Assembly (NCBI GenBank): GCA_963845185.1
Contig: CAWJRG010000001.1
Span: forward strand, 1-64,000
From: an uncultured bacterium
GTDB lineage: Bacteria; Oederibacteriota; PGYV01; CAWJRG01
Length of the DNA stretch: 64,000 nucleotides
Direction: 5' to 3'
The notes beneath the pieces are model-generated. The model saw only the letters and a list, made by a program, of their open reading frames with translations. It was not told the DNA's origin and did not search any database. Both the position numbers and the translations under genes were made by a program. This document shows positions 63,582-64,000 of the stretch, piece after piece. Numbering within the stretch: the first letter of the stretch is position 1; each line of letters starts with the position of its first letter.

Positions 63582-64000
63582 TTACTGACCCGCTTGAATT
63601 ATCGCTGACATTTTTACTATCTTCCTCACTTTGTTGCCTGTAGTATCCACGCCTTCCACCACGCATATATAAGTCCCGCTCGATACTGTCTGCCCGCTTA
63701 CGCTCTTTAAATCCCAGTTTATGCCGGCCGCGGCAAGATCGCCAATCAGCGTCCTTACAAGCTCCCCTGCTATGTTATATATCTTTATCTTTATTGTCCC
63801 GTTTGCGCCTGCCAGCCATGTGAATTTCAGCTGTGTTTTACCGGTACCTATATAAGGGTTCGGCAAAGTCTTTACAACTCCCAGAACGTCTGCTGTACCT
63901 TTGTTAAATACCGTAATTGACTTGCTGGCTGTCACGCTTATTCCCTGGTTTGTCTTTACCACAAGCTGTATCTCATATACTCCGCTCTCTACATAATCTC
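63582..64000 (-). CDS. 3' end of a paralogous exported protein with FlgD/CTD-like C-terminus (partial)
   Basis: Nearly identical to the C-terminus of 58259-58969 (TLPNPY...IYNIAGELVR...WDLKSVSGQTV). Confidence 0.9.
   Translation of the reverse strand, partial: DYVESGVYEIQLVVKTNQGISVTASKSITVFNKGTADVLGVVKTLPNPYIGTGKTQLKFTWLAGANGTIKIKIYNIAGELVRTLIGDLAAAGINWDLKSVSGQTVSSGTYICVVEGVDTTGNKVRKIVKMSAIIQAGQ

Noticed and set aside
58287..64000. Diversity-generating retroelement TR/VR pair
   Set aside because: The mismatches are not adenine-specific (they include T/C synonymous changes), both copies are coding, and there is no reverse transcriptase in the window.

Overview
Chromosomal window from a low-GC, diderm (LPS-making) bacterium. 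The mix of Thr/Pro-stalk exported proteins with FlgD-like tails and a PorV-like barrel suggests an uncultured lineage such as Ca. Goldiibacteriota, but this is inference only. Nearly all genes are on the minus strand. (1) 1-7.1 kb is an accessory/defence island right behind the rpoC terminator. It holds the 5' fragment of a group IIC intron, a ParB-like gene with an in-frame amber codon, and a zeta-toxin-like ATPase plus 49-aa partner enclosed by 46-bp direct repeats. It also holds a type I R-M operon: hsdM, a frameshifted PD-(D/E)XK-like gene, and hsdS cut in half by an IS3-type element. (2) 7.1-19.8 kb is the core tRNA-Thr/tuf/rpmG/tRNA-Trp/secE/nusG/rplKAJL/rpoBC cluster. (3) 20-41 kb holds housekeeping and envelope genes (clpB, M16 peptidase, manA, TPR-SpoIID, lptBAC, lpxL, kdsC, kdsD, GT2) and one candidate structured small RNA. 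(4) 41-64 kb is a surface-protein region: a Kelch lipoprotein, a 2923-aa eight-module Thr/Pro-stalk protein under a perfect sigma70 promoter, a DUF502-PilZ-DRR operon, a PorV-like barrel fused to a FlgD-like domain, TrpB2, and tandem Thr-rich proteins with near-identical FlgD/CTD-like C-termini. The best candidates for undescribed biology are the T9SS-like export and surface-protein system, the IS-generated half-HsdS, and several unexplained structured RNAs. All calls come from reading the sequence; no searches were run.
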